The notes: generated by a model from the letters alone, not told the origin. Numbered from the stretch's first letter, positions 43,852-56,413 are shown. The stretch is 64,000 nt of DNA from an uncultured Gemmatimonadales bacterium (GCA_963851265.1 CAWKNZ010000007.1:416001-480000), one strand, 5' to 3'. Numbers and translations are program-made.

Positions 43852-44499
43852 TCGGCCGCGGTGGCGGGCGGCCTTCGCGCGGTTGCCGCAGGTGGCCATG
43901 GCACACCAGCGGCGGCCGCCGTTGCGCGTCGCGTCCACGAAGGCACGTCCACACCGCGGGTCCGCGCACGTGCGGACGCGCCCGGCCGTGCCCGCGACGA
44001 GCATGTCGGCCGCCGAATCGACGACGGGAACGAGGAGTCCGGCGAACGCGTCCCCCACGGTCGCGAACGTTCGCGAGTAGGCGCCTTCGGGCCGCCGTTC
44101 GAGGCGTCGCATGCCGGCGCTCCGGCCGAGCACGCGATTGATCTCGGCGAGCGCGTCGGTCTCGGCGCGCGTGCGACGGAGCGCCGCGGCGGCGCCGGCC
44201 GCGTGCACGGCCGTGTCGGCAAGGCCGCGGAGCGCGGCCCGCACACGGCGTGCGTCGACGAGGACGGCCGCCGCCCCCGAGGGCTGCTGTTCGGCCCGCC
44301 GCCGGATGCTCGGCCCGCGCTCGGCGTCGAGCGCGGCGTTCGCGACGAGCCACGACACGAAGCGATCGAAGTCGAGCAGCACGTCCGTCGCCACGTCGGC
44401 GCCGTGCCCCGGGCCCGAGTTGAGGAACGCCACCCAGAGCGGCTCTGCGGGCGGTGTCCCGCCGTGTTCCGGCTCGTGCATCGAAGGACGAGAAGGCAT
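43756..44499 (-). CDS. ABATE/CGNR zinc-finger protein
   Basis: LWVAFLNS; CADPRC...FVDATRNGGRRWCAMATCGNRAK; 3' end overlaps the convergent sigma gene. Confidence 0.85.
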   Translation of the reverse strand: MPSRPSMHEPEHGGTPPAEPLWVAFLNSGPGHGADVATDVLLDFDRFVSWLVANAALDAERGPSIRRRAEQQPSGAAAVLVDARRVRAALRGLADTAVHAAGAAAALRRTRAETDALAEINRVLGRSAGMRRLERRPEGAYSRTFATVGDAFAGLLVPVVDSAADMLVAGTAGRVRTCADPRCGRAFVDATRNGGRRWCAMATCGNRAKAARHRGRSDGRRGQLEVAHLDRVARELALQDATAAEQA

Positions 44500-44584
44500 C
44501 GCGTCACCATGCACGCCAACCCCGGGCGAGACAAGCGGCGCGCGCCGACTGCGATAGGGCCGGGGTGACCTTACATTCGCGACG

Positions 44585-45178
44585 ATGTCGAGCGCGTCGC
44601 CGTCGTCCCACCCGCCACTCGCCCATCTGCGCACGGTCGCGGTGGGGTCCACCAACCCCGTGAAGGTGGCGGCGGTCCGTGCGGTGTTCGCCCGGCTCGC
44701 ACCCGACGCGACCGTGGAGGGAGTGGCAGTACCGTCCGGCGTTCCCGACCAGCCGTGGGGCGACGCGCAGACCCGCCAGGGCGCAGCGGCGCGCGCGACT
44801 GCTGCCCTCGTGCGCCTCGGCGCCGACGTCGGTGTGGGGCTCGAAGGCGGCGTGGTGGACGAGGGCGGCGCCGATGCGACCGTCGCCCGCCAGCTCCGCA
44901 CGTGCGCGTGGGCCGCGGTCGCGATCGCGGGTGGCGGCGTACACCTCGGCGGGTCGCTGGCGATGCCACTCCCGGCGGTCGTTGCCGAGCGCGTGCGGGC
45001 CGGCGAGGAGCTCGGCCACGCAATGGACGCGCTGCTCGGCACGTCGGGAACGAAGCACGCCGGGGGCGCGGTCGGCGTGCTCACGGCCGGGCTGATCGAC
45101 CGCCGCCAAGCGTACGAGGTGATTCTCACCTACGCGCTCGCCCCGCTCCTCGCGCCCCCCCTGGGCGGGGTGGCGTGA
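44585..45178 (+). CDS. yjjX: Inosine/xanthosine triphosphatase
   Basis: VGSTNPVKVAAV, SGVPDQP, VGLEGG, ELGHAMD and GAVGVLTAG. Confidence 0.88.
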   Translation: MSSASPSSHPPLAHLRTVAVGSTNPVKVAAVRAVFARLAPDATVEGVAVPSGVPDQPWGDAQTRQGAAARATAALVRLGADVGVGLEGGVVDEGGADATVARQLRTCAWAAVAIAGGGVHLGGSLAMPLPAVVAERVRAGEELGHAMDALLGTSGTKHAGGAVGVLTAGLIDRRQAYEVILTYALAPLLAPPLGGVA

Positions 45179-45687
45179 GCGGGGACGCTCTCGCAGGGCG
45201 GGAGGGTGAGCGGCGCGCGGTGCTCGGGCCGCCGGCGGGCGCATTCGAGGTAGTGGCGCGTGCCGAGTGGGCCGACGTGGATCCGGTGGGCATCGTGCGG
45301 TACGGGGCGTACCCGCGGCTGCTGGACGTGGCCGAGGCCGAGGTGTTCCGGTCGGCGGGTCTCGAGTACCCGCGGCTCGAGACCGAGTACGGCATCGTGC
45401 TCGTGCGGCGCGTGCTGCACCTCGAGTACCTGACGCCGGCCCGGTACGACGCCGTGTTGCGCGTCGCGCTGTGGGTGGTGCGGGCCGGGCAGAGCGCGCT
45501 GACGTTCGGCGTCGCGGTGCGGGACGGCGCCGGCGACGTCGTGCACGTGGTCGGGCAGGTGGTGGTCGTGGCGGTCGGCGCGGGCACGCTCGCCAAGCGG
45601 CGATTGCCGGGCGATCTGGTGGCCCGCCTGGGTGCGGTGACCGCGATCGAGGACGCGCTCGGGGCGCGGCGTCACGCCGGCTCGTAG
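45175..45687 (+). CDS. Acyl-CoA thioesterase (4HBT/YbgC hotdog family)
   Basis: WADVDPVGIVRYGAY and EYLTPARYD; GTGA overlap with yjjX. Confidence 0.82.
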   Translation: MSGDALAGREGERRAVLGPPAGAFEVVARAEWADVDPVGIVRYGAYPRLLDVAEAEVFRSAGLEYPRLETEYGIVLVRRVLHLEYLTPARYDAVLRVALWVVRAGQSALTFGVAVRDGAGDVVHVVGQVVVVAVGAGTLAKRRLPGDLVARLGAVTAIEDALGARRHAGS

Positions 45688-45750
45688 CCGCGCCGCGCGC
45701 CGGCCGGCGCGCGTGGGAGCCCGGCCGACCGGTGGGGGTATATTGCGCGC

Positions 45751-47007
45751 ATGGCGACTCTTGACTCTGCGATGTACGTCCGGAAGGGGTTCGGCCTGAA
45801 GGCCGAGGTCCAGGCGACGCTGGCGGCCGACTACGACGGGCGGCTCGTGGACCTGCTGCGCGCGCGGAACTACACGCTCGAGGCCGGTGGCATGACGGTG
45901 CGGCTCGCGCGCGAGTTCGGCTTCTGCTACGGGGTGGAGCGTGCGGTCGACTACGCCTACCAGACGCGGGCCAAGTTCCCCGAGCGGCGGGTCTGGCTCG
46001 CCGGGGAGATCATCCACAACCCGCACGTGAACGCGCGCCTGCGGGAGATGGGGGTCGGGTTCCTCGCGCTCGCGCCGGTGGCGGCCGAGGCGCCGGCGTT
46101 CGACTACGGGCCGGTGGCGGCCGACGACGTGGTGATCCTGCCGGCGTTCGGGGTCACGATCCACGACTTCGCCGCGCTGCGGGCGCTCGGCTGCGTGGTG
46201 GTCGACACGACGTGCGGCTCGGTGCTGAACGTGTGGAAGCGGGTGGACGCCTACGCGCGCGACGGCTTCACGGCGCTCATCCACGGGAAGTACTCGCACG
46301 AGGAGACGCGGGCGACGGCGAGTCAGGTGCAGAAGCACCCGCGGGGGCGGTGGCTGGTGGTGCGGGACCTCGACGAGGCGCGGCTGGTGTGCGAGTACGT
46401 GGAGGGGCGCGGCGAGCGGGCGGCGTTCCTCGCGCGATTCGCGCGGGCGGCCTCGCCGGATTTCGACCCGGATCGCGATTTAGCGCGGGTCGGGGTCGCG
46501 AACCAGACGACCATGCTCGCGCGCGAGTCGCTCGCGATCGCGGAGCTCGTCGGCGCCGCGGTGGCGCGCGCGCGGGGCGAGGCGTACCGCGCGGAGAATT
46601 TCCGCTCCTTCGACACTATCTGCTCGGCGACGCAGGACCGGCAGGACGCGGTCGCCGAGTTGTTAGGCGAGCCGCTGGACGCGATGCTCGTGGTGGGCGG
46701 CTACAACTCGAGCAACACGATGTCGCTCGCGGCGCTGTGCGCGGAGCACGTGCCGACGTACCACATCGAGAGCCCGGAGGCGGTGGACGTGGCGCGGGGG
46801 GCGGTGCGGTACCGGCCGGCGGGCGCGCACACGTCGGAGGTGGAGGCGGAGGGGTGGCTCGGGGCGGGGCCCGTGCGGGTGGGGCTGACCGCCGGCGCGA
46901 GCACGCCGAACAGCAAGATCGGCGAGACGGTGGCGAGGCTGCTGGCGATGCGCGGCGTGCGCGCGGAGGCGCTGCTCGCCGAAGCGGACGCGGCGTTAGC
47001 CGCGTGA
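45751..47007 (+). CDS. ispH: 4-hydroxy-3-methylbut-2-enyl diphosphate reductase
   Basis: GFCYGVERA, IIHNPHV, DTTC, HEET, NQTT, DTICSAT..RQ, SSNT and TAGASTP. Confidence 0.95.
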   Translation: MATLDSAMYVRKGFGLKAEVQATLAADYDGRLVDLLRARNYTLEAGGMTVRLAREFGFCYGVERAVDYAYQTRAKFPERRVWLAGEIIHNPHVNARLREMGVGFLALAPVAAEAPAFDYGPVAADDVVILPAFGVTIHDFAALRALGCVVVDTTCGSVLNVWKRVDAYARDGFTALIHGKYSHEETRATASQVQKHPRGRWLVVRDLDEARLVCEYVEGRGERAAFLARFARAASPDFDPDRDLARVGVANQTTMLARESLAIAELVGAAVARARGEAYRAENFRSFDTICSATQDRQDAVAELLGEPLDAMLVVGGYNSSNTMSLAALCAEHVPTYHIESPEAVDVARGAVRYRPAGAHTSEVEAEGWLGAGPVRVGLTAGASTPNSKIGETVARLLAMRGVRAEALLAEADAALAA

Positions 47008-47325
47008 GGTGCGGGGCGCCCCGCGCGGCGTGCGGGGGCGCGTGGCGACGTGCGGTGACGCGCGCGCTCTGCGGCGGGTCTATGTCTGCGTACGGCGCAT
47101 TATTGTCATTTGTTGTCGTGTGATCGCCGCGCCGCGCGCGCGGCGGCACGCACCCTGCAAAAGACGACGCCGTACGTCAAACCGATGTGCGAGCCGCGCA
47201 GGCCGAGAGTGTTCAAACGGGTTGGAATGCGCGCGCGGCCGACGTACATTGGGCCCCGTTCGCGGGCCGTTCGGTACTGAACGGTTCATTGCGGTCGCAG
47301 CACTCACGTCATGCCAGGAGGCTTC

Positions 47326-48150
47326 GTGTCTCGCCGAAATTCGCTGTGGTTCGCTGGTGTTTCCCTCGTCGTCGTGTCGGCGGCCGCCGCGACGCACGCG
47401 GATGCCCAGACTCGCTCTGATCGTCGCGTTCGCCGCACGGGCAAGCAGCAGCCCGCCGCCGCGCCGCGTACGGATACCGTCACCGTGACGCGCTCGGACA
47501 CGGTCCGCGTGCGCGACACCGTGTTCGTCGATCGTCCGCTTCCGGCTCCGCCGCCGCGCGTCGACACCGTCCGCATTCCCCCGCCGCCGCCGCCCGTGCG
47601 GACCGGCTACTTCGCGGTGCAGGGCGGCGTTGGCTTCCCGCTCTCCAAGACCAAGGACGGCACCGGCGGCGGCGCCGGCTACACGGTCGGTCCGAGCATC
47701 TACGGCTCGATCGGCTTCAACGCGCCGCGCGGCCCGCTCGGCCTGCGCCTCGACGGCGGCTACCAGCTGCTCCGTGGCACGAACATCGGCGGCGGGTACA
47801 GCGTCAACCCGCGCACGAGCAACTACGCCAGCCCGGACCTCGCCATCTACTCCGGGACGCTTAACGGCGTGATCCGCGCCCGCTTCACGCACGACACGCT
47901 GCCCGGCGACTACGGCTCGTTCTACATCTTCGGCGGCGGCGGTGTGGCTCACGTCCGCAGCTTCCTGCAGAGCGACGTGTCGCCCAACGTCGAGTCGAAC
48001 CTCACCCGCGGCGTGCTGAACGGCGGCGCCGGTCTCGAGGTCGGTGGGCTCGGAACGGCCAAGCTCTTCGTCGAAGGCCGCTTCGTCTACATCCTGACCC
48101 CGGGTCAGAAGATCACGTACGTCCCGGTCGGCCTCGGCGTCCGCTTCTAA
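47326..48150 (+). CDS. Outer-membrane beta-barrel protein
   Basis: AGGAGG SD then GTG; signal peptide; Pro-rich linker; alternating beta strands; terminal YVPVGLGVRF. Confidence 0.8.
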   Translation: MSRRNSLWFAGVSLVVVSAAAATHADAQTRSDRRVRRTGKQQPAAAPRTDTVTVTRSDTVRVRDTVFVDRPLPAPPPRVDTVRIPPPPPPVRTGYFAVQGGVGFPLSKTKDGTGGGAGYTVGPSIYGSIGFNAPRGPLGLRLDGGYQLLRGTNIGGGYSVNPRTSNYASPDLAIYSGTLNGVIRARFTHDTLPGDYGSFYIFGGGGVAHVRSFLQSDVSPNVESNLTRGVLNGGAGLEVGGLGTAKLFVEGRFVYILTPGQKITYVPVGLGVRF

Positions 48151-48215
48151 GCAGACCACGCGTGACGGGGCCTCGCGCCCCGCACGCGACCGCAGGACTC
48201 GGCACTGGACCACAG

Positions 48216-48259
48216 CGTGAACCGCCCGCGGCGATGACCATCGCCGCGGGCGGTTCACG
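48216..48259 (+). terminator. Long GC hairpin after OMP gene
   Basis: Perfect 21-bp inverted repeat CGTGAACCGCCCGCGGCGATG / CATCGCCGCGGGCGGTTCACG. Confidence 0.7.
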
Positions 48260-48302
48260 TTACGGAATCCCCAACGCACCGGCTCGCGCTCCAGCCACGC
48301 CC

Positions 48303-49561
<1,259 letters not shown>

Positions 49562-49565
<4 letters not shown>

Positions 49566-50713
49566 ACGCGGCGCCCGACCCCGACGCGCCACAGGCGGTC
49601 CGCGCGGGCGAGGAGCTCGATGCGGCGCGTCTGGCCGCGTTCCTGGGGGGGCACGTGCCGGGGCTCGCCGGAGTCGAGGCCGGCGACATCAAGGTTGCGC
49701 AGTTCGGCGGTGGGTTCTCGAACCTCACCTACCTCGTCCGCGTCGGCGAGGCCGGTGGCACGACGCTCGATCTCGTGCTGCGGCGGCCACCCTTCGGCGC
49801 GCGCCGCGGGACCGGCAGCGGGTTCGCGCACGACGTCCTGCGCGAGTACCGCCTGCTCGCGGCACTGCGGCCCGCAAGCGGTCCGGCGCCGTTCACGCGG
49901 GTGCCGCGCGTCGTCGCGGCGTGCGAGGACCCCGCGGTGCTCGGTGCACCGTTCTTCCTCATGGAGCGCGTCGCCGGCGTCATCCTGCGCGGTCGCCCGG
50001 GCGACCCCATCCCCGACGCCCCCACGCTGCGCGGCCTGAGCGAGCGTTTCGTCGCCGAACTGGCCGCGCTTCACGCCGTCGATTGGCGGGCGAACGGGCT
50101 GGCCGAGTTCGGACGACCGGCGGGGTATGTCGCGCGCCAGGTGAGCGGATGGCGCGGGCGCTGGGTTGCCGCGCGCACCGGCGACGTTGCCGCCGTCGAC
50201 CGCCTGGCCGAGTGGCTCGACGCGCACCAGCCGCCCGAGCCCGCGGACGCGCTCGACCGGGCGACGCTGCTGCACAACGATTTCAAGTACGACAACTTCG
50301 TCCTCGACCCGGGCGACCTGACCCGCGTGGTCGGGGTACTGGACTGGGAGATGGCGACGGTCGGCGCCCCGCTCATGGATCTCGGAACCTCGCTCGCATA
50401 CTGGCTGGAGTCAGACGATCCGCCGGTGCTGCGCGGGCTCGGACTCGGCGTCACGGCGGCGGCGGGCAACATGACGCGCGCCGAACTCGTCGAGGCGTAC
50501 GGTCGGGCGACCGGTCGCGACGTGAGCGATGCGCTGTTCTACTTCGCGTATGGCGTGTTCAAGCTCGCCGTGGTCGCACAACAAATCTTTGCGCGGTACG
50601 CGGCAGGGCACACGCGCGACCCGCGTTTCGCGACGCTCGATTCGGTCGTCCTGGCGCTGGGAACGCTCGGTGAGCGCGCCGTCGTCGCGGGACGGATCGA
50701 CCGCCTCGGGTAG
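49562..50713 (+). CDS. APH-like phosphotransferase (ACAD10/11 kinase-domain-like)
   Basis: QFGGGFSNLTY, VLRRPP, HDVLREY, LHNDFKYDN and VLDWEMATVG; GTGA overlap with the ACAD gene. Confidence 0.9.
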
Positions 50714-50787
50714 CATCGAGTCGGTGGTCGTCCTACGGTTGCATGGCGTGCAACTCGCTATATTGCAGGAGTGTAAGACAGCAGCAC

Positions 50788-50952
50788 GGCGCGTCGGGAA
50801 GACTCTTGTTTTGACCCGACACTTTTGAAGCCGGGGACCGTCTACGTCTCGTCAACGTCATGCCCCAGTGCGGGGACGGCGGAAGGCGGGGGGCCGGCCA
50901 CCCAACTGATGTCACAAGCATCGGGGCTTCAAAACAACCTTTCCGGCGCGCC
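50788..50952 (+). ncRNA. ssrS: Probable 6S RNA
   Basis: Ends pair (GGCGCGUCGGGAAG with CUUUCCGGCGCGCC, G-U wobbles only on +; UUGUUUUGA with UCAAAACAA); central bubble and apical stem; about 165 nt; no credible ORF. Confidence 0.55.
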
Positions 50953-50954
50953 AC

Positions 50955-50994
50955 GAGAATGGGGGGCCTCGAGCGATCGAGGTCCCCCATTCTC
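50955..50994. terminator. Hairpin with GCGA tetraloop between ncRNA and convergent msrB
   Basis: GAGAATGGGGGGCCTCGA-GCGA-TCGAGGTCCCCCATTCTC. Confidence 0.7.
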
Positions 50995-51018
50995 ACGTCC
51001 GCCTGCCCGCGACCTCGC

Positions 51019-51441
51019 TCACTCGACCAATGCGGGAAGCGGCTCGCCATCCGGGACGAACGTGAGCGCGACGCCGTTGTTGCAGTAGCGCTGCCCCGTC
51101 GGCTCCGGACCGTCGTCGAACACGTGGCCCTGGTGGCCGCCGCAGCGGCTACAGTGGTACTCCGTGCGTGGCCAGACGAGCTTGAAATCGCGCTTCGTCG
51201 CGACCTTGCCGGACAGTGGCTCGAAGAAGCTGGGCCAGCCCGTGCCGCTCTCGAACTTGGCGTCGCTGCGGAAGAGGGGGTTGTGGCACGCCGCGCACAC
51301 GAAGGTGCCCGCGCGCTTCTCGCGGTTGAGCGGGCTGGTGCCCGCACGCTCGGTGCCTTCCTCGAAGAGCACGTGGAACGCCTCCCGGGGGAGCGCGTCC
51401 CGCCACTCGGCCTTCGGCTTCTCGACTCTCGTCTCGCTCAT
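51019..51441 (-). CDS. msrB: Peptide-methionine (R)-S-oxide reductase
   Basis: GTERA, CAAC, KFESGTGWPSF, RTEYHCSRCGGHQGHVF.DGP and RYCNNG. Confidence 0.95.
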   Translation of the reverse strand: MSETRVEKPKAEWRDALPREAFHVLFEEGTERAGTSPLNREKRAGTFVCAACHNPLFRSDAKFESGTGWPSFFEPLSGKVATKRDFKLVWPRTEYHCSRCGGHQGHVFDDGPEPTGQRYCNNGVALTFVPDGEPLPALVE

Positions 51442-51510
51442 CTCGCGATCACCGTGGATTGTCGTCCCGAGCCCCGCCGCGGCCACTTCGTGTCGCCGCG
51501 ACAATAAACG

Positions 51511-52689
<1,179 letters not shown>

Positions 52690-52692
52690 CGA

Positions 52693-55110
52693 TCAGTTCC
52701 TCAGCGGCTTGCCGGTCTTCAGAGTGTAGGCGATGCGTTCCTGGGTCTTCTCGTTACCGAGGAGCTTGAGGAACGCCTCGCGCTCGAGGTCGAGGATGTC
52801 CTGCTCGGTCACCGTGCGCGGCGGCCCGTCGCCGCCGCAGAGCACGTACGCGATGTTGTGGCCGACGGTGACGTCGTACGGCGTCGCCTGGCCGCTCTCG
52901 AGGAAGCTGAAGAGGGCGTAGGACAGGTTGCCCATTCCCTCGCGGCCTAACGCGCGGATGGTCTGCGGGGCGGGCGCGACGTAGTCGGGCGCGAGGTCGA
53001 GCACGCGGCGCTTGGCGTCGGCGACGAGCCGGTCTCGGTTCATCGTGATGCGGTCGTGGCGCGGGCGCAGGAAGCCCTTCTTCTTGGCCTCGAGCGCGCT
53101 CGTCGTGGGCTGCGGCGCGGCGATGAGGTTGAACGCGCGCTTGACCGCCTCGAAGGGATCGGCCTCCGCGTAGGGCTCGAGGTCCTTGGTGAAGCGGAAC
53201 AGCAGCTCCTTGGTGCCGCCCCCGCCCGGGAGCAGCCCGACGCCGGCCTCGACGAGGCCCATGTACAACTCGGCGTGCGCCTGGACGGCGTCGGCGTGCA
53301 GCGTGAACTCGGCGCCGCCGCCGAGCGTCAGGCCGGCCGGCGCGACGACGACGGGGAACGGCGCGCGGCGGATGCTCTGCACCGCGTCCTGGAAGCGCTT
53401 GATCGAGGCGTCGATGACGTCCCACATGCCCGCGATCACCGCGCCGGTGCTCTCCGAGAGGTCGGCACCGGCCGAGAAGAACTTCGGGTCGTCGTTGCCG
53501 ATGACCATGCCCGCCATGCCGCGCGACTCGACCAGCTCCAGCGACGCGGCGAGCGCGTCGAGCACCTTTGACCCGAGGGTGTTGCTCTTGGAGCGGAACT
53601 CGAGCAGGGCGACGTCGTCGCCGAGGTCGAGCAGGCGCGCGCCGGCGTTCTCGAACAGCACGTGGCCGGACTTCGCCGCGACTGCGGCGAGGCGGAGGTT
53701 GCCGTCGATCGGGGTGACGGGCGCGTAACGGCCGTCGAACCCGAGCACCTCCTCGCCGTTAGGCTGGGTGCGGTAGAAGCTGCCCTGGGCCCGCGTCAGC
53801 AGCGCCGGCACGCCCATCCCGCGCCGCTCGAACTCGGCCTTCAGGAAGTCGACGCCGAGCATGTCCATGACGCGGAACGGGCCGGCCTCGTGGCCGTACC
53901 CCCACTGCATGGCGCGGTCGACGCTCGGGACGTCGTAGGCGAGCTCTGGGCTCTTCTCGAGCGCGTAGTGCGCGTTCTCGAGGAGCGTCTGCCGCGCGAA
54001 CTCGCCGTACGGGCCGGACATGTCCTTGATCGCGGCGATGCGGCCGCCGAGCGGAAGCTTGAGCGCTGCCTTCAGCTCGGGGGTCTCGAGGCGCTGCTGC
54101 GGCTTGTAGGCGCCCGCGCGGAAGTCCCAGGTCTGGATGTCCTTGCCGACCTTCTTGTAGAACCCGCCCGCGGTCTTGTCGCCGAGTTGCTTGTTCTGCA
54201 CCATCGCGTGGAACCACGCGGGCAGGTCGAAGTTCTCGCCGGTGGCCTCGGCGGTGCCGGCGCTCACGTGCGCGAACACGTCGAGCCCCGACAGGTCGGC
54301 GGTGCGGAAGGTGGCGCTGTTGGGCCGGCCCATGAGCGGGCCCGTGAGGCCGTCGACCTCGTCGACCGTGAGGCCGAACTGCTCCATCGCGCGGATGGTG
54401 CGGGTGGAGCCGTAGACGCCCAACCGGTTGGCGATGAACCCGGGGGCGTCCTTGCAGAGGACGATCCCCTTGCCGAGCAGGCGCTCGCCGAACACGCGCA
54501 CCGCCTCGACCACCGCGGGCGCCGTGTCGGGCGTCGGGATGATCTCGAGCAGGTGCATGTAGCGCGCGGGCGCGAAGAAGTGCGTGCCGAGGAAGTGCTG
54601 CTTGAAGCGCGCCGAGCGCCCCTCGGTGAGCACGTGCATCGGGATGCCCGACGTGTTGCTCGACACCGCCGCGGTGGGCTTGAGGACGCCCTCGAGCTTC
54701 GAGTAGAGGGCCTGCTTCGGGCCCGGCTGCTCGATCACGGCCTCGATCACGAGGTCGCAGTCGCCGAGCAGGGCGAGATCGTCGTCGATGTTGCCGGTCT
54801 GGATGTAGGCCGCGCGATCGGCGTCCATGAAGGCCGCGGGCTTGGCCTTCAGGGTGCGCGCGACGGCGCCCGTGGCGATCGCGGAGCGGTCGGGGCCGTC
54901 GGTGGCGACGTCGAGCAACACCACGGGCAGCCCAGCGGACGCGGCGAGGGCCGCGATGCCCGATCCCATGGTCCCCGCGCCGACCACGCCGACCTTCTTG
55001 ATCGCGACGTGCGCGGGCCGCGCGTCGGCGGCGAGGTCCAGCTCGGGCCCGAGGTCGAATCCGGCGAACGCTGTTCGGTTGCCGGCGTCAGGAGAGGTTT
55101 CGGTGGCCAT
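52693..55110 (-). CDS. fadN: 3-hydroxyacyl-CoA dehydrogenase/enoyl-CoA hydratase (FadN-type domain order)
   Basis: GAGTMGSG, SNTSG, HFF and PGFIANR; C-terminal crotonase FSAGADL, GGGAE and EAGVGL; ends GKPLRN. Confidence 0.9.
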   Translation of the reverse strand: MATETSPDAGNRTAFAGFDLGPELDLAADARPAHVAIKKVGVVGAGTMGSGIAALAASAGLPVVLLDVATDGPDRSAIATGAVARTLKAKPAAFMDADRAAYIQTGNIDDDLALLGDCDLVIEAVIEQPGPKQALYSKLEGVLKPTAAVSSNTSGIPMHVLTEGRSARFKQHFLGTHFFAPARYMHLLEIIPTPDTAPAVVEAVRVFGERLLGKGIVLCKDAPGFIANRLGVYGSTRTIRAMEQFGLTVDEVDGLTGPLMGRPNSATFRTADLSGLDVFAHVSAGTAEATGENFDLPAWFHAMVQNKQLGDKTAGGFYKKVGKDIQTWDFRAGAYKPQQRLETPELKAALKLPLGGRIAAIKDMSGPYGEFARQTLLENAHYALEKSPELAYDVPSVDRAMQWGYGHEAGPFRVMDMLGVDFLKAEFERRGMGVPALLTRAQGSFYRTQPNGEEVLGFDGRYAPVTPIDGNLRLAAVAAKSGHVLFENAGARLLDLGDDVALLEFRSKSNTLGSKVLDALAASLELVESRGMAGMVIGNDDPKFFSAGADLSESTGAVIAGMWDVIDASIKRFQDAVQSIRRAPFPVVVAPAGLTLGGGAEFTLHADAVQAHAELYMGLVEAGVGLLPGGGGTKELLFRFTKDLEPYAEADPFEAVKRAFNLIAAPQPTTSALEAKKKGFLRPRHDRITMNRDRLVADAKRRVLDLAPDYVAPAPQTIRALGREGMGNLSYALFSFLESGQATPYDVTVGHNIAYVLCGGDGPPRTVTEQDILDLEREAFLKLLGNEKTQERIAYTLKTGKPLRN

Positions 55111-55287
55111 CAGAAGCGGCGCTCGTCGGGTGAATGGTCGGATGTGGGCGGCAGGGCTGCGGGCGTCGCGAGTGTGACACGCGACCGAGCCGCCGGTTCC
55201 CAGCCGAGAAAGGTCGACAGGGGCACGCGGCAATGCCAGGGGCGCCGGGCGAGCGGCGCGGCCGGCGCGACCCGCGCGGACAACGCT

Positions 55288-56085
55288 CTAGTGGGCGGGT
55301 GCCGGCGCTAACGTGGCGCCGAGCGCACGCCACCGCGCGGACAGCAGCCGCGCGAGCGCGTCGAGGCCCCAGACCTCGGAGCGGACGTGCCCTACGGCGG
55401 CGACCGCGATCGCGCACTCGGCCGCCGCGGCGCGGGCCGGCGCGCGCAACTGCCCGGTCACGTACAGGCCGGCCCCGCGCGCCGCCGCCTCGCGCACGAG
55501 CGCGTCGGTCATCGCTCCCACGACCGCGATCCGCGCGACCGGGCGACCGGGATCCGCGACCACGACGGCCTCGGTCCCGCCGAACGCGGCGGCGACGCGC
55601 GCGACCGCGGCGGCCGCGGGCTCGGGCGTGACGTCGCCGACCATGCCGAGTGGGCGGCCGTCGCGCGTGCCCAACCGTTCGCGCGTCCGGAACCCGAGGG
55701 CCTCGGCGAGCGGCGCGTTGTCACCCGTGGTCAGGTGCTCGTCGAACGGCAGGTGCGAGTAGACGACGCCGACCGCGGCGGCGAGGGTGCCGGGACGCAG
55801 GCGCCACGGGCGGTGCAGGAACAGCGCGTCGATCGCCTCACCCGCCGCCCACGCCCGCAGGCCGGGCCACGGCTCGAGGGCGAGACCCACGCGAGCGAGC
55901 GGCCGCGCGTCCGCATCGCCGCCGGTGGCGGGTTCGTGGAAGATCCCGCCACGCTCGTCCGCGGGGTACGCGTCGGCGCCGAGCGCGTCGTGCAGGAAGT
56001 TGGCGAGCGCGGCGAGCGTCGGAAGCGCCTCGGTGCCTACGCTTGAGCCTGCGCTGGAGCCTGCGCTGGAGCCTGCGCTAGACAT
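55288..56085 (-). CDS. NIF3/YbgI-like dinuclear metal-centre protein
   Basis: FLHRP, SHLPFD, YVTG and VGHVRSEVWG motifs; N-terminal SSAG repeats. Confidence 0.75.
   Translation of the reverse strand: MSSAGSSAGSSAGSSVGTEALPTLAALANFLHDALGADAYPADERGGIFHEPATGGDADARPLARVGLALEPWPGLRAWAAGEAIDALFLHRPWRLRPGTLAAAVGVVYSHLPFDEHLTTGDNAPLAEALGFRTRERLGTRDGRPLGMVGDVTPEPAAAAVARVAAAFGGTEAVVVADPGRPVARIAVVGAMTDALVREAAARGAGLYVTGQLRAPARAAAAECAIAVAAVGHVRSEVWGLDALARLLSARWRALGATLAPAPAH
56045..56080. repeat. 12-nt tandem repeat (GAGCCTGCGCTG)x3
   Basis: Encodes SSAG x3 at the N-terminus of the NIF3-like protein. Confidence 0.8.
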
Positions 56086-56413
56086 CGCGCCCGGCGCGAG
56101 CGCGGCGTGCGCGCACGCGCGTCGCGCGGATGCGGGTGAGCGACGTGAGGACGATCGCGAGCGTGGCGACCATCCACGCCCCGGTGAAGAGGATGCGACG
56201 CTGCATCGGCCACTCGTCGACCAGGAGGCGGCTCTTGAGTGCGAGCACGGCGACGTCGAGCACGACGACTCCGATCACCATTCGCAGCAGATGGCGCCGC
56301 AACTCGGGCGCGACGCTCGCGCGCGCCGCGGCAGAGCGGGCCGGCGAGGTGCCGGGGCGCGGAGAACCCGCGGGGGGCGAATTCGCGGGCGGGGTCGACG
56401 GATCTGAGGTCAC
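56078..56413 (-). CDS. Small 2-TM membrane protein
   Basis: Two hydrophobic helices; overlaps the start of the NIF3-like gene. Confidence 0.55.
   Translation of the reverse strand: MTSDPSTPPANSPPAGSPRPGTSPARSAAARASVAPELRRHLLRMVIGVVVLDVAVLALKSRLLVDEWPMQRRILFTGAWMVATLAIVLTSLTRIRATRVRARRARAGRDV

Noticed and set aside
56045..56080. 12-nt tandem repeat as a phase-variation switch
   Set aside because: The unit is a multiple of 3, so copy changes keep the frame; likely neutral slippage.
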